Assembly: GCA_964016885.1 (NCBI GenBank)
Contig: OZ024750.1
Coordinates: 6,138,001 to 6,202,000 of the forward strand
Direction: 5' to 3'
Origin: Eledone cirrhosa
Lineage: Eukaryota
Length of the DNA stretch: 64,000 bases
Positions 13,681 to 29,763 of the stretch are shown in pieces (position 1 is the stretch's first letter; the number at the start of each line of letters is the position of its first letter). The translations under genes were made by a program, and so were the position numbers. Under the pieces are notes generated by a model. The model made no database searches, had not been told where the DNA came from, and saw nothing but the letters and a program-made list of their open reading frames with translations.

Positions 13681-15453
13681 TATATATATGTATATATATG
13701 AAATGTATGTGTGTACTTAAGTATGTACGTATCTTAAATGTATAAAAAATGACTGTCGTTCCTTTTATTTTCTTAATTACTTGAAACAACAGAGGTATTT
13801 CGTATTCTTCAATTTCTCTATTATAACCAAAGTGCCACGACAAAAAAAAACTATTTAATCAACTGCCTACTTTAGCGTCAAAAAATAGAGCAGTATGGTG
13901 ATGGTGGTGGTGGTGGTAGTGATGATGATGGTGGTGGTGGCGGTGGCGGTGATGATGGTGGTGTTAGTGATGGTGTTGGTGGTGGTGGGATCTTTTGAAA
14001 TCTTTTCTTTGTAATCAGTTTGAGAGAACACATTACGTTAGACTAGACAATAGTTTTCTTTTCATTTCTTATGTATTTTACTTTGGAATACTATCAGAGC
14101 ATTTTAATAATGTTTTGGAAAGTTTTTCTCTAGCTCTGACGTATTTTTTTCTTCCCTCAAATTGTATTAACGAAACGTATTAAAGAGCTGTGTAGGTAAA
14201 GTGTGAACTTACTGAATGACAAATACAATGTTCGTGTTTTCTTACCGATGTTGTTCTCTGTGGTACCCTGGTATTTACCTAACGCAAGCTGAAGATTAAT
14301 TTCACTAAACTTACAATGCATTTAAACGAGAAACATGGCTCGGATGTTTGAAACACGGAGAACTCTTGCTAAGGGAATCTAAAAAAAAAAAGATGCCCTT
14401 GTTAAACCTGGTGATGAATTAAGTCTACAATTCAAGTAGGTCAGAGGGTCAGAGGGATTTTAATTTAGTAGGAAAAGAGCCTATTAATCTCATCCAGTGC
14501 TCTAACTATTCTGCCGATTCGTCAGCATGGTCTAATAATTTATTCCATCGGATGAAAGGCGAAGATGATCTTGGTGGGATTTAAATTCAGAGCGCAGGAG
14601 ATCGAAATATATAACAATGTATGCCATTCAATCAAAATCATTTTATTGTCTTAGTCATACGATCTTGTAAGCACGATAAATGATGTTTTGTTGAGGAGAT
14701 TTAACAAGACCGAAACATATACTTAGTTGTCGCCGTATTTAGTAAAGACAAAGCTCCCTTCCCATTGCATATCCCATCCAATTGTTATCCAATTTGAGTT
14801 TCTGTGTTGCTTTCCTTACATTTTTTATTAGAATAATTATTTACGGTAATCGCTTTTCTGTTCATTAAAGATGTAAATTTAATTGAATAAACACATTTTA
14901 GCTCACTATATTATGTGGGTTAGGCCCCATATAATAACACATGTTCTTCATGCAAAGAACATGTGTGCTAAATTTCCCCATGATATCATATATATGGCTG
15001 ATTCAGGTGCTGGAACCCCCCCCCCCCCCATTCTCTAAGATGTAGCTATACGACAGTTTCAGATCAGCAATGCGAACTACTCAAATGGTTATATAATATT
15101 TATACTGTTTTGTAATGTTGAACATTGCCAGCCATATTTTCTACATACAGCTAGGTGGTGCGGCTATGAGTAATTAAATATTTTTGGCCGGACTTCCATT
15201 GCAGCGCGGGTTGTGGGATACAAGCCAATGAATCTACGTTTGGACGATTAACACGTATATTATCAACTCGCCCAATTTCTGTTATAACATTTCTGAATCA
15301 CCTTTAGGTACCGCCCTGGTTCTGTAATTCACATCTGCTCATTTCTAAGTGTTCATATTTGTATTAGAGTCTTTCATAACAAATTTTATTTAAGAAGTTT
15401 TTCTTCGCAAATATTTGAAAGTAAATAAGTTTATTAATGATAAGCTAAATAAG

Positions 15454-15642
15454 GGCGGTGAATTTGCAGTATCGGTAGAGGGTCGGACGCCATGCTTTGA
15501 CGCATAGAGTTACGGCCCTTGCCATTCTGAGTTCAAATCCGGCCGAGGTTAACTTTGCCTTTCATCCTTACGGCGTCGATAAAATAAAGTACCAGTAATG
15601 TACTGGATAATTGCTGGCCTTGTGCCAAAAGTAGAAACAATT
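15454..15642 (+). mobile_element. tRNA-derived SINE (main family) with target-site duplication
   Basis: Full-length copy flanked by attaatgataagctaaat / attaacgatgagctaaat. Confidence 0.92.
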
Positions 15643-15890
15643 AACGATGAGCTAAATTATCGTATTGAATTGATTAAATTTACAAAATTAATTGATACTT
15701 AATTGTCAGTGTATTTCATTAGAAATTCGTCAACAAATGGTGTTGTTTTTTACTTTATACAAGCTGCCATTCAAATTCTTTAGTGTCTAACGTCAAAATA
15801 CTTCCGAGTTATGACATCTTTGTCTCAAGAAAGTTTATACATGAATTGCAAATGGAGAACAATATAATCCACTACGACCATACACACGTG

Positions 15891-15922
<32 letters not shown>

Positions 15923-15923
15923 T

Positions 15924-16116
15924 AACGAAGGAAATGTGGTAAGGAACCAGATGGACCATAACGCACCAAAGTACTCAATACTTAGGGTAGTAGAGTGGGT
16001 AATAGGAACGAGTAGGACCCCGACGGTTGAGCTCAAGCCATTTCGACGGCTAATTCTGGACTGAATTAGCCGTCGAAACGGCTTGAGCTCAGCCGTCGGG
16101 GTCCTACTCGTTCCTA
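15924..16116. mobile_element. GC-rich fold-back element, family A (PLE-like terminus) in (TA)n
   Basis: ~55 bp arms taggaacgagtaggaccccgacgg..ttcgacggctaattc / gaattagccgtcgaaacgg..ggggtcctactcgttccta plus an ~80 bp unique tail; relatives at 22063, 35345, 51282. Confidence 0.8.
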
Positions 16117-16955
16117 TATATATATAGAGATAGATAGATAGATAGATAGATAGATATATACATATATATATATATAGATACATATATAGATACATATATA
16201 TATATATAGATACATATATATATATATATATAGATACATATACATATATAGATATATAGATATAATATGTATATATATATACACATATATATACACACAC
16301 ACATATATGCATATATATATATACACACATTCTCACACACACACATACACGCACACACACACACATACACTCACACACATACACACATACACACACACAT
16401 ATATATATATATATATGCGTGTGTATGTGTATGTGTGTGTATGTGCATATATCTTGAAACAAATTCCTCTTGTAATAAATTGCGAATGAATACATTCTCT
16501 CTTATCCAAATTAGATATTTGGCGATTATGGAAGGCGCCCTAGGTTACCTGCAAGCTACTTCTTCACTAATATAATTTATAATTTAACAAGATTATATTT
16601 AGTGCACAAGTGAATATAAGTATGTGTATCAATGCGATTGTCTGCAGACGTGTGTGTGTGTGTGTGTGTGATGGAGAGAGTTAGTGTGGGAGATTATGTG
16701 TATTTGTGCATGAGTGTTTGAGAATGTGTAGCTTTATGTATAGAAAAATATATACATATATCGGACGAGAACAAGCATGAGAATGCCAGAGTATAGACGT
16801 CAAGGAATTTGGTATATGGCTTCACATTTTATAGGATTAGTCACCCACTGCAAGTTCTGTTTTCCATCCGGATTCTATGAATTAAGAGTAACTAAAATGG
16901 TGTGGATAATTTGAACTAATATACATATATTGTACATATATATTGTGTGTTCTCG

Positions 16956-17015
<60 letters not shown>

Positions 17016-17021
<6 letters not shown>

Positions 17022-17235
17022 ACAGGAGGCTGGACTGGTGTAAATCCTTGAAATGTTTATTATACTATGATCATTTCAATGACCGGGTTCCGTATGAATC
17101 CGGTAATATCATCAGGTATTCAAAATTGAACAAAGGAATATAACAGATAAAATCCATGGGGCTGAAAATCATTAGTCATTGACCATACGGAATGACCAAT
17201 TCTATCCAGTGGTGAACCAACAAACCTAAATAAAA
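17016..17235 (-). mobile_element. HHR-bearing element, family E, between (TA)n tracts
   Basis: Unique ~220 bp segment flanked by TA repeats and containing a complete HHR. Confidence 0.6.
17062..17119 (-). ncRNA. Minimal type I hammerhead ribozyme (family E)
   Basis: Reverse complement: atac-CTGATGA-tattaccggattc atacg gaacccggtcatt-GAAA-t GATC a-TA-gtat; palindromic stem III loop. Confidence 0.85.
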
Positions 17236-17573
17236 TATATATATATATAATTGGAAATTTAGTAAAATCGAATCTCTGGCGGTTTGCAGGTTAATTCGGC
17301 CTACTTATATGAAGTGATGAGTTAGCAAAGCACTCGATAAGTTAGGGCCTTAGAGTAATAACATACGTTTAAATAGCTTGACAAATCGAACATTGTGGTA
17401 GGCAAATCTAACACACAATACTATACCAAAGTAACGATAGAACTAACAGGTTGAGAAAAATACATCTGGACAAATCAAACGATTAATCGTTTAAAGTGTT
17501 TCTTTGAATCCGAAATCAAATATCAGACTTACGTGACCGGCAAGCTCGTGGTATTCATGATCGAACGGAGGAT

Positions 17574-17652
<79 letters not shown>

Positions 17653-18558
17653 AAGAGAAATCGCAAATGGAACTGGAGTCTTTTTAAGAATATTTATTTA
17701 TTTCCTTACCGCATCCATATTTCTTATTTTTTAAAAGTATAATTGAGATGGAGGGTTTGTGGTTTGCCACGCATATATATATATATATATAATATATATA
17801 TATATACACACATATATATATATTACATATATACACACACACATATATATATATATATAGTAATAATAACAAATGTGAAGACTAAAATCCAAAGAGAGCT
17901 CGATAAGGATAAATAAATTTTAATCTGTTATTTTAATATATATATATTTTTATATATATGTGCGTGTGTGTATGTGGGTGTGTATGTGTGTGCGTGTGTG
18001 TGTGTGTGAGAGTATGTATATGAATGTATGTGTGTGTATACTATGAAATTATATAGATATAGTAAATATCGAATCATTGGGTATATTTCCCTGACGTAAA
18101 TTTAACGCTCAAAAAGAGCGGGCGCTCCTAAGGAGAGTATGACGGACATAATATTAATATCTTGCATAAGAAAACATAAAATCAAGTGGAATGTTAAAAT
18201 ATTACTTACATTACATTAGCAATATATAATTGTGACAGAGTCTTAGACAACGGTGCTTCTAGTCTTGAAAAAGCAATAATTACTAATTAAATGAATAATT
18301 ATCAATGTTAAGAAGCCGACCTTCATTAGAAAGACAATCTTATTAATTAGACAAGAAATTATTGCCCATAATTAAGTTTGATACGGCGACTGGGAAGTAA
18401 CTATGATAGTCTTGGAGGAATCCTACCGATATTTTGAAAAATTAGGAATGAATATACAATGAAATTTTATACATATTGAAAATATAAACCCTCGATGTAT
18501 ATGTGGCGCTAAAATACAATATGTTTACATATATATGTATATATGTATGTATACACAT

Positions 18559-18606
<48 letters not shown>

Positions 18607-18607
18607 G

Positions 18608-18735
18608 TTAGGTAATTCCGAAGGAAAAGCAAAGGAAAAAAGAGTGCTCTATGTATAGAACAGAGCTATTTAATTAGAAAGTGAACAGATCCAGAAACCT
18701 TTGGTAATGGAGTAGTTATATTTTGTGTTGTTCAC

Positions 18736-18744
<9 letters not shown>
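18608..18744. mobile_element. Family C element, partial (3' half of HHR and inverted ends)
   Basis: attagaaagtgaaca...gatccaGAAACctttgGTAatggag...tgttcactttctaat; homologous to 27050 and 57580. Confidence 0.75.
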
Positions 18745-18813
<69 letters not shown>

Positions 18814-18952
18814 GCATGTCGGTGTGTATATGTATGTATGGGTGTATGTATGAATATATATAATATGTATGCGGTAACTCTTTTCACTTTGGATTGTTCC
18901 TCTCTTTTCTCTCTTCTGCCCACTCCATGCCTGTATTTATCATTATTATTGT

Positions 18953-19270
18953 TTTGTTGAGAGGTGGGTGAGAGTAGCGGGCATGGTCCAGTTGAATGGG
19001 CCTGCCTTGAGCATACATCTGTAGATTGGAGGAGAAAAACTTGAAGAGGGATCTTTGCCCTGGCGGACAAGATGGCCGCGCAATTTGTGGGATTTCTCGA
19101 AGAGTGAACCTTGGAATCTCCTCACTTTTGGGGAATGTGTTTATTTTCTTAGTCGCTGTTATAAATTTTATTTTACACACAAAAGAAATCCTCACACTGT
19201 ATCCTCCTGCTCCGTCTTTAATGTTTCCTTAATGTGAACCCTGTGTGGCTAATAAAGAAATAATTATTTT
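18953..19270 (+). mobile_element. Probable L1/Tx1-type LINE 3' fragment
   Basis: FVERWVRVAGMVQLNG-type ORF end, 3' UTR ending ccctgtgtggctAATAAAgaaataattatt; lies in an (ATT)n context. Confidence 0.45.
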
Positions 19271-20054
19271 TATTGCTTTTCCTCATAGAATCCTCATTTC
19301 TATCAATAATATTTTATCTCTATAAATTGAATGTTTCATATTTACAATTTTCTCTCACTCCTAAAACCAAAATCCGAAACATTAATGTTTCTGCACTGAT
19401 GTGTGCGAATCCAAGAATATCGTTGGCTTCCGGGTATTTATGACATGCTCTATCAATGAGCAAGATAGTGAAAGATAGCTTCTTTCACTATCTGAATTGT
19501 TTATCACACTGAAGAGCAATGCAGTTAATACAGCCTTGTGGCTTACAAGAGGAAAGCCAGAAGAAGCAGTCTCTTGTTGTTGTTGCTGTTGCTGTTGTTG
19601 TTGTTGTTCTTCTTATTATTGTTATTATTATTATTATATTATTATTATTATGATAGTCCTGAAAGGTTGTACACCCTGAAGCATCTCTCCAGCAAATGTC
19701 ATGTTCTACAGACAATATAAAGATAAATTTTAGTGATTAAGGCATTGCGTCTGAAAACCTACCAAACTTAATGTCAAACCTTAAAGGCAAGATGAGGCAG
19801 CGAAACAGAAATCACCACCGTATAGTCAGACACTCTACTGGTTATTACAATAATTCATCTCGTTAAAATGTTCATATTTCTAGAAATAAACTAACAGATT
19901 TAACGCTACAAAATCCAGAGCTTACAATTTGAAGCTGTGTTGTAAACCAACTTGTTGAAGTTTACTCCTTGAAATGGTATGTTATTTCAAGAGATAAACA
20001 TCACACTGAAGTGTCTACATCTAGAGTGAAATAGTACGTAGGATATATATTATA

Positions 20055-20261
20055 CAGTAAGTCCCCTACTTACGAACGAGTTACGTCCGGAGAGGTCGAA
20101 CCCTTTTTTTTATACTGCAAAGGAAGTAACCCAGGGCCCGAAAGAGCCCACAAAAACGAACTCAACCCGGAAGAAAACAACAGAACAATATTATTTTTTT
20201 GCGAGACTGTTCGTATTTCGGAAATTCGTAAGTAGGACGTTCGTAAGGTGTGGGATTACTG
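20055..20261. mobile_element. Tc1/mariner (pogo/Tigger-like) MITE
   Basis: TA|cagtaagtcccctacttacgaac ... gttcgtaaggtgtgggattactg|TA, imperfect TIRs with TA TSD. Confidence 0.8.
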
Positions 20262-21433
20262 TATATGGCAAATATTCAAGGTTAGATAATATTCTATCGA
20301 CCTTGAGTTAATAAATCTTAGTTGATTTTCATTTTCTTTTTGACTTGCTATACGTACTTAGAATCAGATTTGTAATTCAAATAGAATGTACACCATACAA
20401 TGCACAGTCACTGACCAATATAAACAAGAATCCTACAATTCTAAGAAGAATCGCTACCAAAGTAGAAGGCTGATAAGAGAGAAAAAAGTCTTTCACGAAT
20501 TATTTACCATTACATCTTACTAGTGCGAACACACGTACACGTACAATCTCCATTTCATTTACATCAGTGACTGTATCTACATCGGGACCTCATTTCTCTC
20601 TCTCTTTGTTCTGTATAAGTTTACCTAGATATACGTATACATGTATATAAACATATATTCATTATGCTTCAGTACTTATATATACAGTATATATATATAT
20701 AGATAGATAGATATGTGTGTGTGTATACATATATATATGTATATATCTATTTATATATATATATATATATGTAAGGATGTACATAAAGTTGCTTCAGGGG
20801 TAGGAGGTATATATACAGGACTTGGTGTCAAGTATTGCGCGTCTTTATCTCTTCATCTGACACTGTATTTTTCTAAACACGTATATATATCGTATATATA
20901 TATATATATACATACATACATATATATATACTGTATATATATATATACAAATACTTACATCGTATACAATTGAGTATAAAATTACTATATACACATGTAT
21001 ATATATATATATATATATATATACAGATGTACAGATGTACAGATATACGTAGATGTGTGAGTGCGGCTGTATATTTAGGTGTGTTTATATTTGTCTGAAT
21101 AAGTAATTCTATATTCAAAATATGTATATTTTTTTCTACACATGTCTACATGTCAATGTCATTTTTTTTCTTCATTCCGTCTTAGATGTTGTTTTCATTG
21201 AATGTTTAACCTCCCTCTGCATATTGGGTTGTGACAGTGTGAATTGGTTCAGTTATTTAGATATAAAGTATGATTCTTGTGGCTAGCAGAGCACTTAGCT
21301 CTTAGTTCTTGTCTTACATGTAATGTACTGAGAAATCTTGTTACATCAAAAAAAAAATTATGTTCGCTCTCTAGTATTTGCTTTTTGATTTTACTGAAGT
21401 TGTACTATCTACTTAATCTATGACAAAAAATAT

Positions 21434-21533
<100 letters not shown>

Positions 21534-21988
21534 CTTTCTATCTCTCTATATATATGTATGTATATATAGTGTATGTGTGTGAGAGTCTGTGTTTTTATGT
21601 ATTGCTTAGACGTATACCACAATGACGACAGAACGCAATAGTTATCATAGAGTTAATATATGTGAGTATATTTATTCATTTTTCTGACAACATATCTATG
21701 ATGTTTCACCAAAGCGAGTTTATAGTTTGCTAATCTTCTCCAAAGAATTGATATGGATGTTCATCGGTAGCACTATGCAACTCCACTGCTTTCAGTGTTA
21801 GGTTTTTCTTCACAAACAATAAGCTTCACTCACAGACATCACTTGATTTAATGGACCTTTCTGTGTATTGCATGAACATGGCTGGCCGTAGCTGATAAAA
21901 ATCTGTTTTTCTTTTCTTTCGCTACACAATCAAATGATGCCAATTCTCGAAACCGAGATGCAGCCATCGTGTATATATATATGTATAT

Positions 21989-22062
<74 letters not shown>

Positions 22063-22068
<6 letters not shown>

Positions 22069-22262
22069 AAAGAGTCAGGACCCCGACGACTGAGCTCCGC
22101 CGTTTCGACAGCTAGATCTGTTCGGATCTGGCTGTCGAAACGACCGGAGTTCAGCCGCCGGGGTCCTGACACTTTTCCAATTATCCACTCTACTACCCTA
22201 AGTATCGAGTACTCTGGTGTGTTATGGTCCACTGGTTTCTTATCATATCACACTTTCTTTGT
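22063..22262. mobile_element. Family A fold-back element (opposite orientation to 15924)
   Basis: Arms attggaaaagagtcaggacccc..gtttcgacagctagatc / gatctggctgtcgaaac..ggggtcctgacacttttccaat plus shared tail ccactctactaccctaagtatcgagtact. Confidence 0.8.
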
Positions 22263-23199
22263 TATATATATATAGTTAGTTAGTTAGTTACTAATTTAAT
22301 AGCTCTTTTTGCCTTTGCTTTTCCTTTCGAATTACGTAACACACACACACAGACATACACACACACATATATATATATGTACACATATTTTTACTCTACA
22401 CGTGGCATCAGCTAGTCTCTCAGATACGACTAAGTTGCTGATGAAAATAGAATTTAGTTGTACCCAATAGATTCTTAAATATATTTTATGTACTGCAAAA
22501 ATCCTACAGAATTCAGGGAAAGCAAAGGAAGTGAAATATATCTTGGAGTACTTCAAATTCTTCACTATGTCACTAAAAGCATTATATCGATATCTGATAA
22601 ATATATAGCTCTTGATCCATATCCATACCATGCATTGTTTCCTTAGCCTCATGACTTCTGAAGTTTTCTTGATTTTATCGAACAACCAAGAGAAGTCTTC
22701 TAGGAATATGTCATTCACTTTTTCTTAGTTCTGTATAAGTGGAAAGGCTTTTGGGAAGTACGTAAAGCTGCCATCTCACATGATCGGCATTTAACTGTGT
22801 TAATATATAAAATTGATTCATTGGATTCAGGTCCTAGCTGCAACGCAATAAAATTTCATACACATGACACTCACCTTCTCCCCGCTCTCCGCACCCTTTA
22901 TACACACATGTATTTCGATGCTTATCTTCGCCCGTGCAAATAAGTCATCACAAATTTAATGAGAAACTCTAGACTTTCAAAAGTAGAACCTTAGATATTT
23001 ATTTATATATATATATATATGTGTGAATATATATGGCTTAGTGGTTAGAGTGTTGAATTTGCAACTGAGAGTTTGATTCTTGGAGAGATTTCGATTCTCG
23101 GACCGGGTGAAGAATAAGAAAAAGGACATAATCATGATACATAATCTCTACAAAGCCCACTTAGCTCTAACAGAGTCGCAGCAAATATAATATGCATTA

Positions 23200-23560
23200 C
23201 TCTTTTACCTGTTTCAACCATCCGGCTGAGGCCATGCTGGGGCACAGCCCTTGTTGCTACACATTCAATCTCCAGCCTGTGTTGGCTGGCCATTGGCGTA
23301 AGAGGGAGTTCGTTGCTGCTGCCCTTAGGTTACCTTTGTAACGTGCTGTGGGCTCATCCGGGATCCTGGATAGCAGAGTGTGAAGATGTTTCTTGAAAAC
23401 ATCCACGTCCACACCATGCAGAGCTCTCAAATTTCTTGGCAGTTTGTTGAAGAGTTGAGGGCCTTTGAACCCCAGGCTATTGTAATATCTACTGCTTATT
23501 CTAGATGTGAAATTAGAATGACCATGCCAAAATCTGACACACCACCAATCTACTTGTACA
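23200..23560 (-). mobile_element. CR1-group LINE 3' end
   Basis: ORF 23257-23586: YYNSLGFKGPQLFNKLPRNLR..VDVFKKHL..LLSRIPDEPT...AAATNSL. Confidence 0.8.
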
Positions 23561-23841
23561 TAAATCCAAACAAACGAAGTAAACACAACTGTTTGTATCT
23601 GTTTGCACGACAGAACGAGTTTTGATATGAATTAAATGTAATATTTACCTGGAATATATTCTTCATATAACATATTATATACTTGCAATGTCAATAGCAG
23701 AATAAAGTATATTTATTGATATCGTTTACGATTTCATTTCAGTTTCACAAACTCATCTTGAAATTATGATTGGATGATTTTATAGGGATTCGGAGATTCG
23801 ACAGAGATAGGGATATTAGAAAGATATGGTGAATGACACAC

Positions 23842-24484
<643 letters not shown>

Positions 24485-24808
24485 AATGAAAAATTGAACA
24501 GGGACAGAACAGAGAGGCAGTACGACAAATGTTTATTAAATTCACGCTCAGGAGAGTGGGGGGTAGGTGGGTATATATATATGGTGTCAGCGGTAGTGAG
24601 ACAAAGGAAACCACTAATCATGTGAGTATTCGATGCATGGGAAAACCGCTTGAATATTAAATATTATATTGTCTCTATGGTGTTTAATATTATCGTATAA
24701 ATGTGCGGACTGGAATTTGAAGTGAGAATGTAAATGGATCTAGCGAAAATCCACAAAGAATTCTGTCAAGCATTTTACTGATTCAACCACTCCATGCTTC
24801 TATATATA

Positions 24809-25303
<495 letters not shown>

Positions 25304-25735
25304 ATATAGTCGCATAGTCCGATATACAATGTCTACATTACAGGAAAATGATTTAGTAGCACACCATGATTTGTACAAATCGTTTTCTTTACGTGTGTGT
25401 GTTTTTACGTGGGCAGTTAGGTCTACCATTTGCAAGATGATTTGATAAGTAAAATTATATATTTCTCCAAAACATATTTTTCATATATCACATACTTCTA
25501 TTGTCAATAGCATAATATCGTTTTTTCTTACTCTTTTCTTCTAATGTCGTTAACACTTTTCCTTTACATTTACCGGCTTATCTCAAAATTATCTTAGGAT
25601 TTTATAGGGATTCGATATTGAGACGAACATTAGAAAGATATATTGAAATATGCTGCCTGGTGATATCTTTTACTTTTGTACCATAATTAATTTATACAAG
25701 AAGTTTGAGTCATTGCCAGATACATCTACTTATAT

Positions 25736-26030
25736 TGGCTGTATCGTAGAGCGTCGAACGAAATGCTTTGCGTTATTTAATTACGATTTTTAACCTTCCG
25801 AGTTCAAATCCCACCAAGATCAATTTTGCCTCTCATCCTTCCAGTTTCGATAAAATGTAGTACCAGTGATGTATTGGGGTCGATGCCATCCACTTTCCCG
25901 CTTCTCCAAATTGCTGGCCTAGTGCCAATATTAGAAATAAATATTTAGTTATTTCAAATTGGTGGATTAACAGAATCGTTAGAGCGTCGGTCAGTATACC
26001 TTGCGGTATTTTGTGGCAGCCAACTACGTT
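25736..26030 (+). mobile_element. SINE (main family, long-tail, older) followed by a second SINE head
   Basis: gagttcaaatccc, gcctctcatcct..cgataaaat.tagtaccag, ttgctggcct.gtgcc. Confidence 0.75.
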
Positions 26031-26965
26031 CTGTCATTTTACATGGTCGTTCGATTTGCTAGAAATCTAAACAAATGTTTTCCCTCGTCTTAAATAACGA
26101 AGGCCACATTGGACAGTGTAATCCAGTTCCTGATATAAAATAAATTGTGAGATTCGGTGGTGTTAAACACAAACGAAATCATGTATTTATCAGCGCAGTA
26201 AAAAAGACAAAAAAAAAATTGGAGGGTTTTTCAACTTACTAGAAAGAGCAGCTAAATATGTCTGGAATCATATTTTACCGGCTTTAAAAATAAGGAAGGG
26301 CATATTAGTTAATATAATCTAAAATACCTTGTCTAAAAAGATATGGTGGCTATGGCTTTAAGAACCATTTACTTATCTATCTATGTTTTATTTTGTGTCA
26401 AATAAATCATTTAGTTATATGAGAAATTCCTTACAGGGACCTAAACAGCATGTGGTGTATAAAGTTGAAAAAATATGGTCTTGTAAATATATACTTTGAC
26501 TATCAAATTCAACGGCAGGGCTGGGATTTATCGGTTTACACCTGGTATTGTATAGACAAACACCAATGTAGCCTACACCGGGCTCCTGTTATGTATTACC
26601 GAAACGACCGAATAAAGTTGTAATCTTTAATGTTATACAGTGCAGAGGAAGAAAACAGAGGGGAGGGGAGAGGGAGGGCATATGCAAATGAAAAGTTTAG
26701 GAGTTGCAGACAACCTGCCACAATGTAGCTTGAGGCAGGAATTGAATATATATATATGTATATACAGGTACATAATGAAAATATGGGAGAGAGAAGTCAG
26801 TATATAGAGAAAAAGAGGGGGAGAAAGAGAAAGGATAACTTATGGGACAGAAGTACAACAGAACACGAAAAACGAAAAAGCTGACAAAAACTTTAGCAAA
26901 TTCATGCATTATCAGTTTATCTATCTATCCATCTCTCACTCTCTCTCTTTCTCTCTCTCTCTCTG

Positions 26966-27000
<35 letters not shown>

Positions 27001-27049
27001 ATATATGTATATGACCTCGGCCGGATGACTGGAACAGGTAAAAGAATAA

Positions 27050-27146
27050 AAGAAAGTGAACAACACAAAATATAACTACTCCATTACCAAAGGTTTCTGG
27101 ATCCTAGACAATATTAATATACGTCTGGATCGTTCATCAGACAGAC
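27050..27146 (-). ncRNA. Family C element with hammerhead ribozyme (27079-27146)
   Basis: Reverse complement: tctgt-CTGATGA-ac gatccagac[loop]gtctaggatc ca-GAAA-cc ttt g-GTA-atgga. Confidence 0.75.
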
Positions 27147-27152
27147 ATATAT

Positions 27153-27204
<52 letters not shown>

Positions 27205-27883
27205 GAGAAAATTCATTGCTAGAAGAGCCGTTAAAACACCTAAATGCTGTCAATAACAGCGATGGGCAGAAATGCCCCAGAGGACAGAGCCCAGCGGCCA
27301 ATGATCATCAGAGAGGCAACCCACAAGTTATTTCTTCTGCCTGTCACCCACCTTGTGGATTGTCCATAATTAGCCTCATAAAATTCTCGTGTATTAGGAT
27401 AATTATCACGACCCCATAAGATCACTGACAATATCTACTATCATGTTAACACTTATATATCTACACACTATGTTTAAAATCATTTTACATCTTGGGGTAT
27501 AGGTATATATTATGTCTTCACTTCTATTTGATTTTAATTCGTATTAGCTTAAATGTACATCTGGACAAAATCACTGTCTAACAAAATGAAATTAGATGTT
27601 AAAAATAAAATAAAACGAAAGACTGAATCAAAACACTTTATTTCTATCGCCCCTTCTATCTTTTCTGAAAAAAAAAAGCCAACCGGTGAGAGGGTGTTGT
27701 AAAGTAAAAGGTTCCCAGTAAAGTTTATTTTAGAATGCTAAACTGAAATATTATACATAGTGTTTGAAGTTAAAAACAAATGGTGAAAAACAGACTCATA
27801 CACTTTGATTTATAAATGTCCAACAGTAGCTTCGCTATAACTTTGGTATGTACCCTTATCAAGACTTCTCTGGATTTTGTTCT

Positions 27884-28018
27884 CCCACGGAGGTTAGCTT
27901 TGCCTTTCACTCTTACGGGGTCAATAAAATAAAGTACCAGTAATGCACTGGAGTCGACTCAATTGACTTTCCCCTCCCCAAAATTGCTGGCCTTGTGCCT
28001 ATATAAGAAAGCATTATT
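27884..28018 (+). mobile_element. 5'-truncated SINE (main family, long-tail form)
   Basis: Core plus gtcgactcaattgactttcccctccccaaaattgctggccttgtgcc. Confidence 0.85.
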
Positions 28019-28454
28019 ACTGGCATATATATATATTATATGTATATATATATATATATATATATTGTTATGCTTTGGGAAGTAATTCTATGAAATATTT
28101 GCAAATTCAGAAACGAAATATATATATATATATTATATATATTTATTAAAATAACAGATTAAAGTTTAAGCAAAGAATCGCTGCTTTCACCCTTAACGGG
28201 ATGTTCTGAAACTAAAAAAACTATTATTATTATTACTATATATATATATATATTATATATATATAGTATATATATATATATATATATAGATATAGATATA
28301 TAGATATATAGATATATCACTTTCAATGTAACTCTATCGTTTTCTTTTTTACGTCTTTCTACGTTTCTTCCTACTTCTCTCATCTTAATACCACCGGATT
28401 TTGTTACCCAGAGATTTACCCATCTGCATTGTAGAGGCTTTCAAAACGTTTTAT

Positions 28455-28487
<33 letters not shown>

Positions 28488-29005
28488 GTGTGCGTGTATG
28501 TGTGTGTCTCTGTGTGTGTACAGACACTCACATACGCTCTCACATACACACACACACATATATATATAAAACAATTGTTATTACTGACAATAATATAACG
28601 AAACGATTATTATTGTTTTGTATCGAGAAATCTAATTGATACTTATGAATTCTAGAAGAAGAAATACAGTTATTTCCTCTAACGGAATCAACAAAGAAAT
28701 CACCCACATCCTGTATAATTAAAATTATTTAACTTCTCTGCAATACTAACATCAAAACCAATTATTCTCAATTAAATTAATATCTCATAGTAACTTTCGT
28801 TATTAATTCAATTCGGCGGCCTCCTACTAAATCACATTTCAGGCGTTATTCACGGCTAATTATATATAAGTATACATATATATATATATATATATGTATC
28901 TATGTATATATATATATATATGTAATATATATATATATATGTATATATTTATATGTGTATTTATATATGTATATATATATACATATGTGTATATGTATGT
29001 ATTCT

Positions 29006-29065
<60 letters not shown>

Positions 29066-29086
29066 TACACACACACGCACCCTGCA

Positions 29087-29128
<42 letters not shown>

Positions 29129-29431
29129 TATATATATATATATATGGCGGCACTTTTTCTATTATTCTGAAACAAACATAATATCAGGTTGGTAATAAAA
29201 AATTATATCATAATACTTCATATAGACTTGTAACAGTTATCTTATTAGTTTTAGATGAAGTATGAAAGACAGTTGATCTTAATTAGTCTCGGAATTGAAA
29301 TAGACTTATCAAAATACCAATCACATTGCTGGGTGGTCTCGGTACTTTTTATTGTGGCACCAAAATGACCAGCTGGTTGGGTAGAACAGGTTCCTTTTCA
29401 TCATGGCACCTTGCATCAGAAATATGAGGTA

Positions 29432-29480
29432 CCACTGAGGTATGTTTTATACCAGAAGGTATAAAACATACCTCCAGTGG
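29432..29480. repeat. Short near-perfect palindrome
   Basis: ccactgaggtatgttttatacc agaa ggtataaaacatacctccagtgg. Confidence 0.8.
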
Positions 29481-29615
29481 TCTTAAACAACAGGATTATC
29501 TTTTATATCATTGAGATTTGGTAACTTTACTAATTTCTTCTACCTCACAATTTGTTGTTAAATTAAAGATATATGTATTCGTTTCGTATGTAGATATGAG
29601 GCCTTATACAGGAAG

Positions 29616-29763
<148 letters not shown>

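Noticed and set aside
17485-17530. Minus-strand CTGATAtttga..tcaaaGAAAC, HHR-like
   Set aside because: Core lacks G8-A9 and stems I and III do not form; at most a dead remnant
27300-27315. tcatcag (reverse CTGATGA) in a GC-richer patch
   Set aside because: No matching GAAA at a suitable distance
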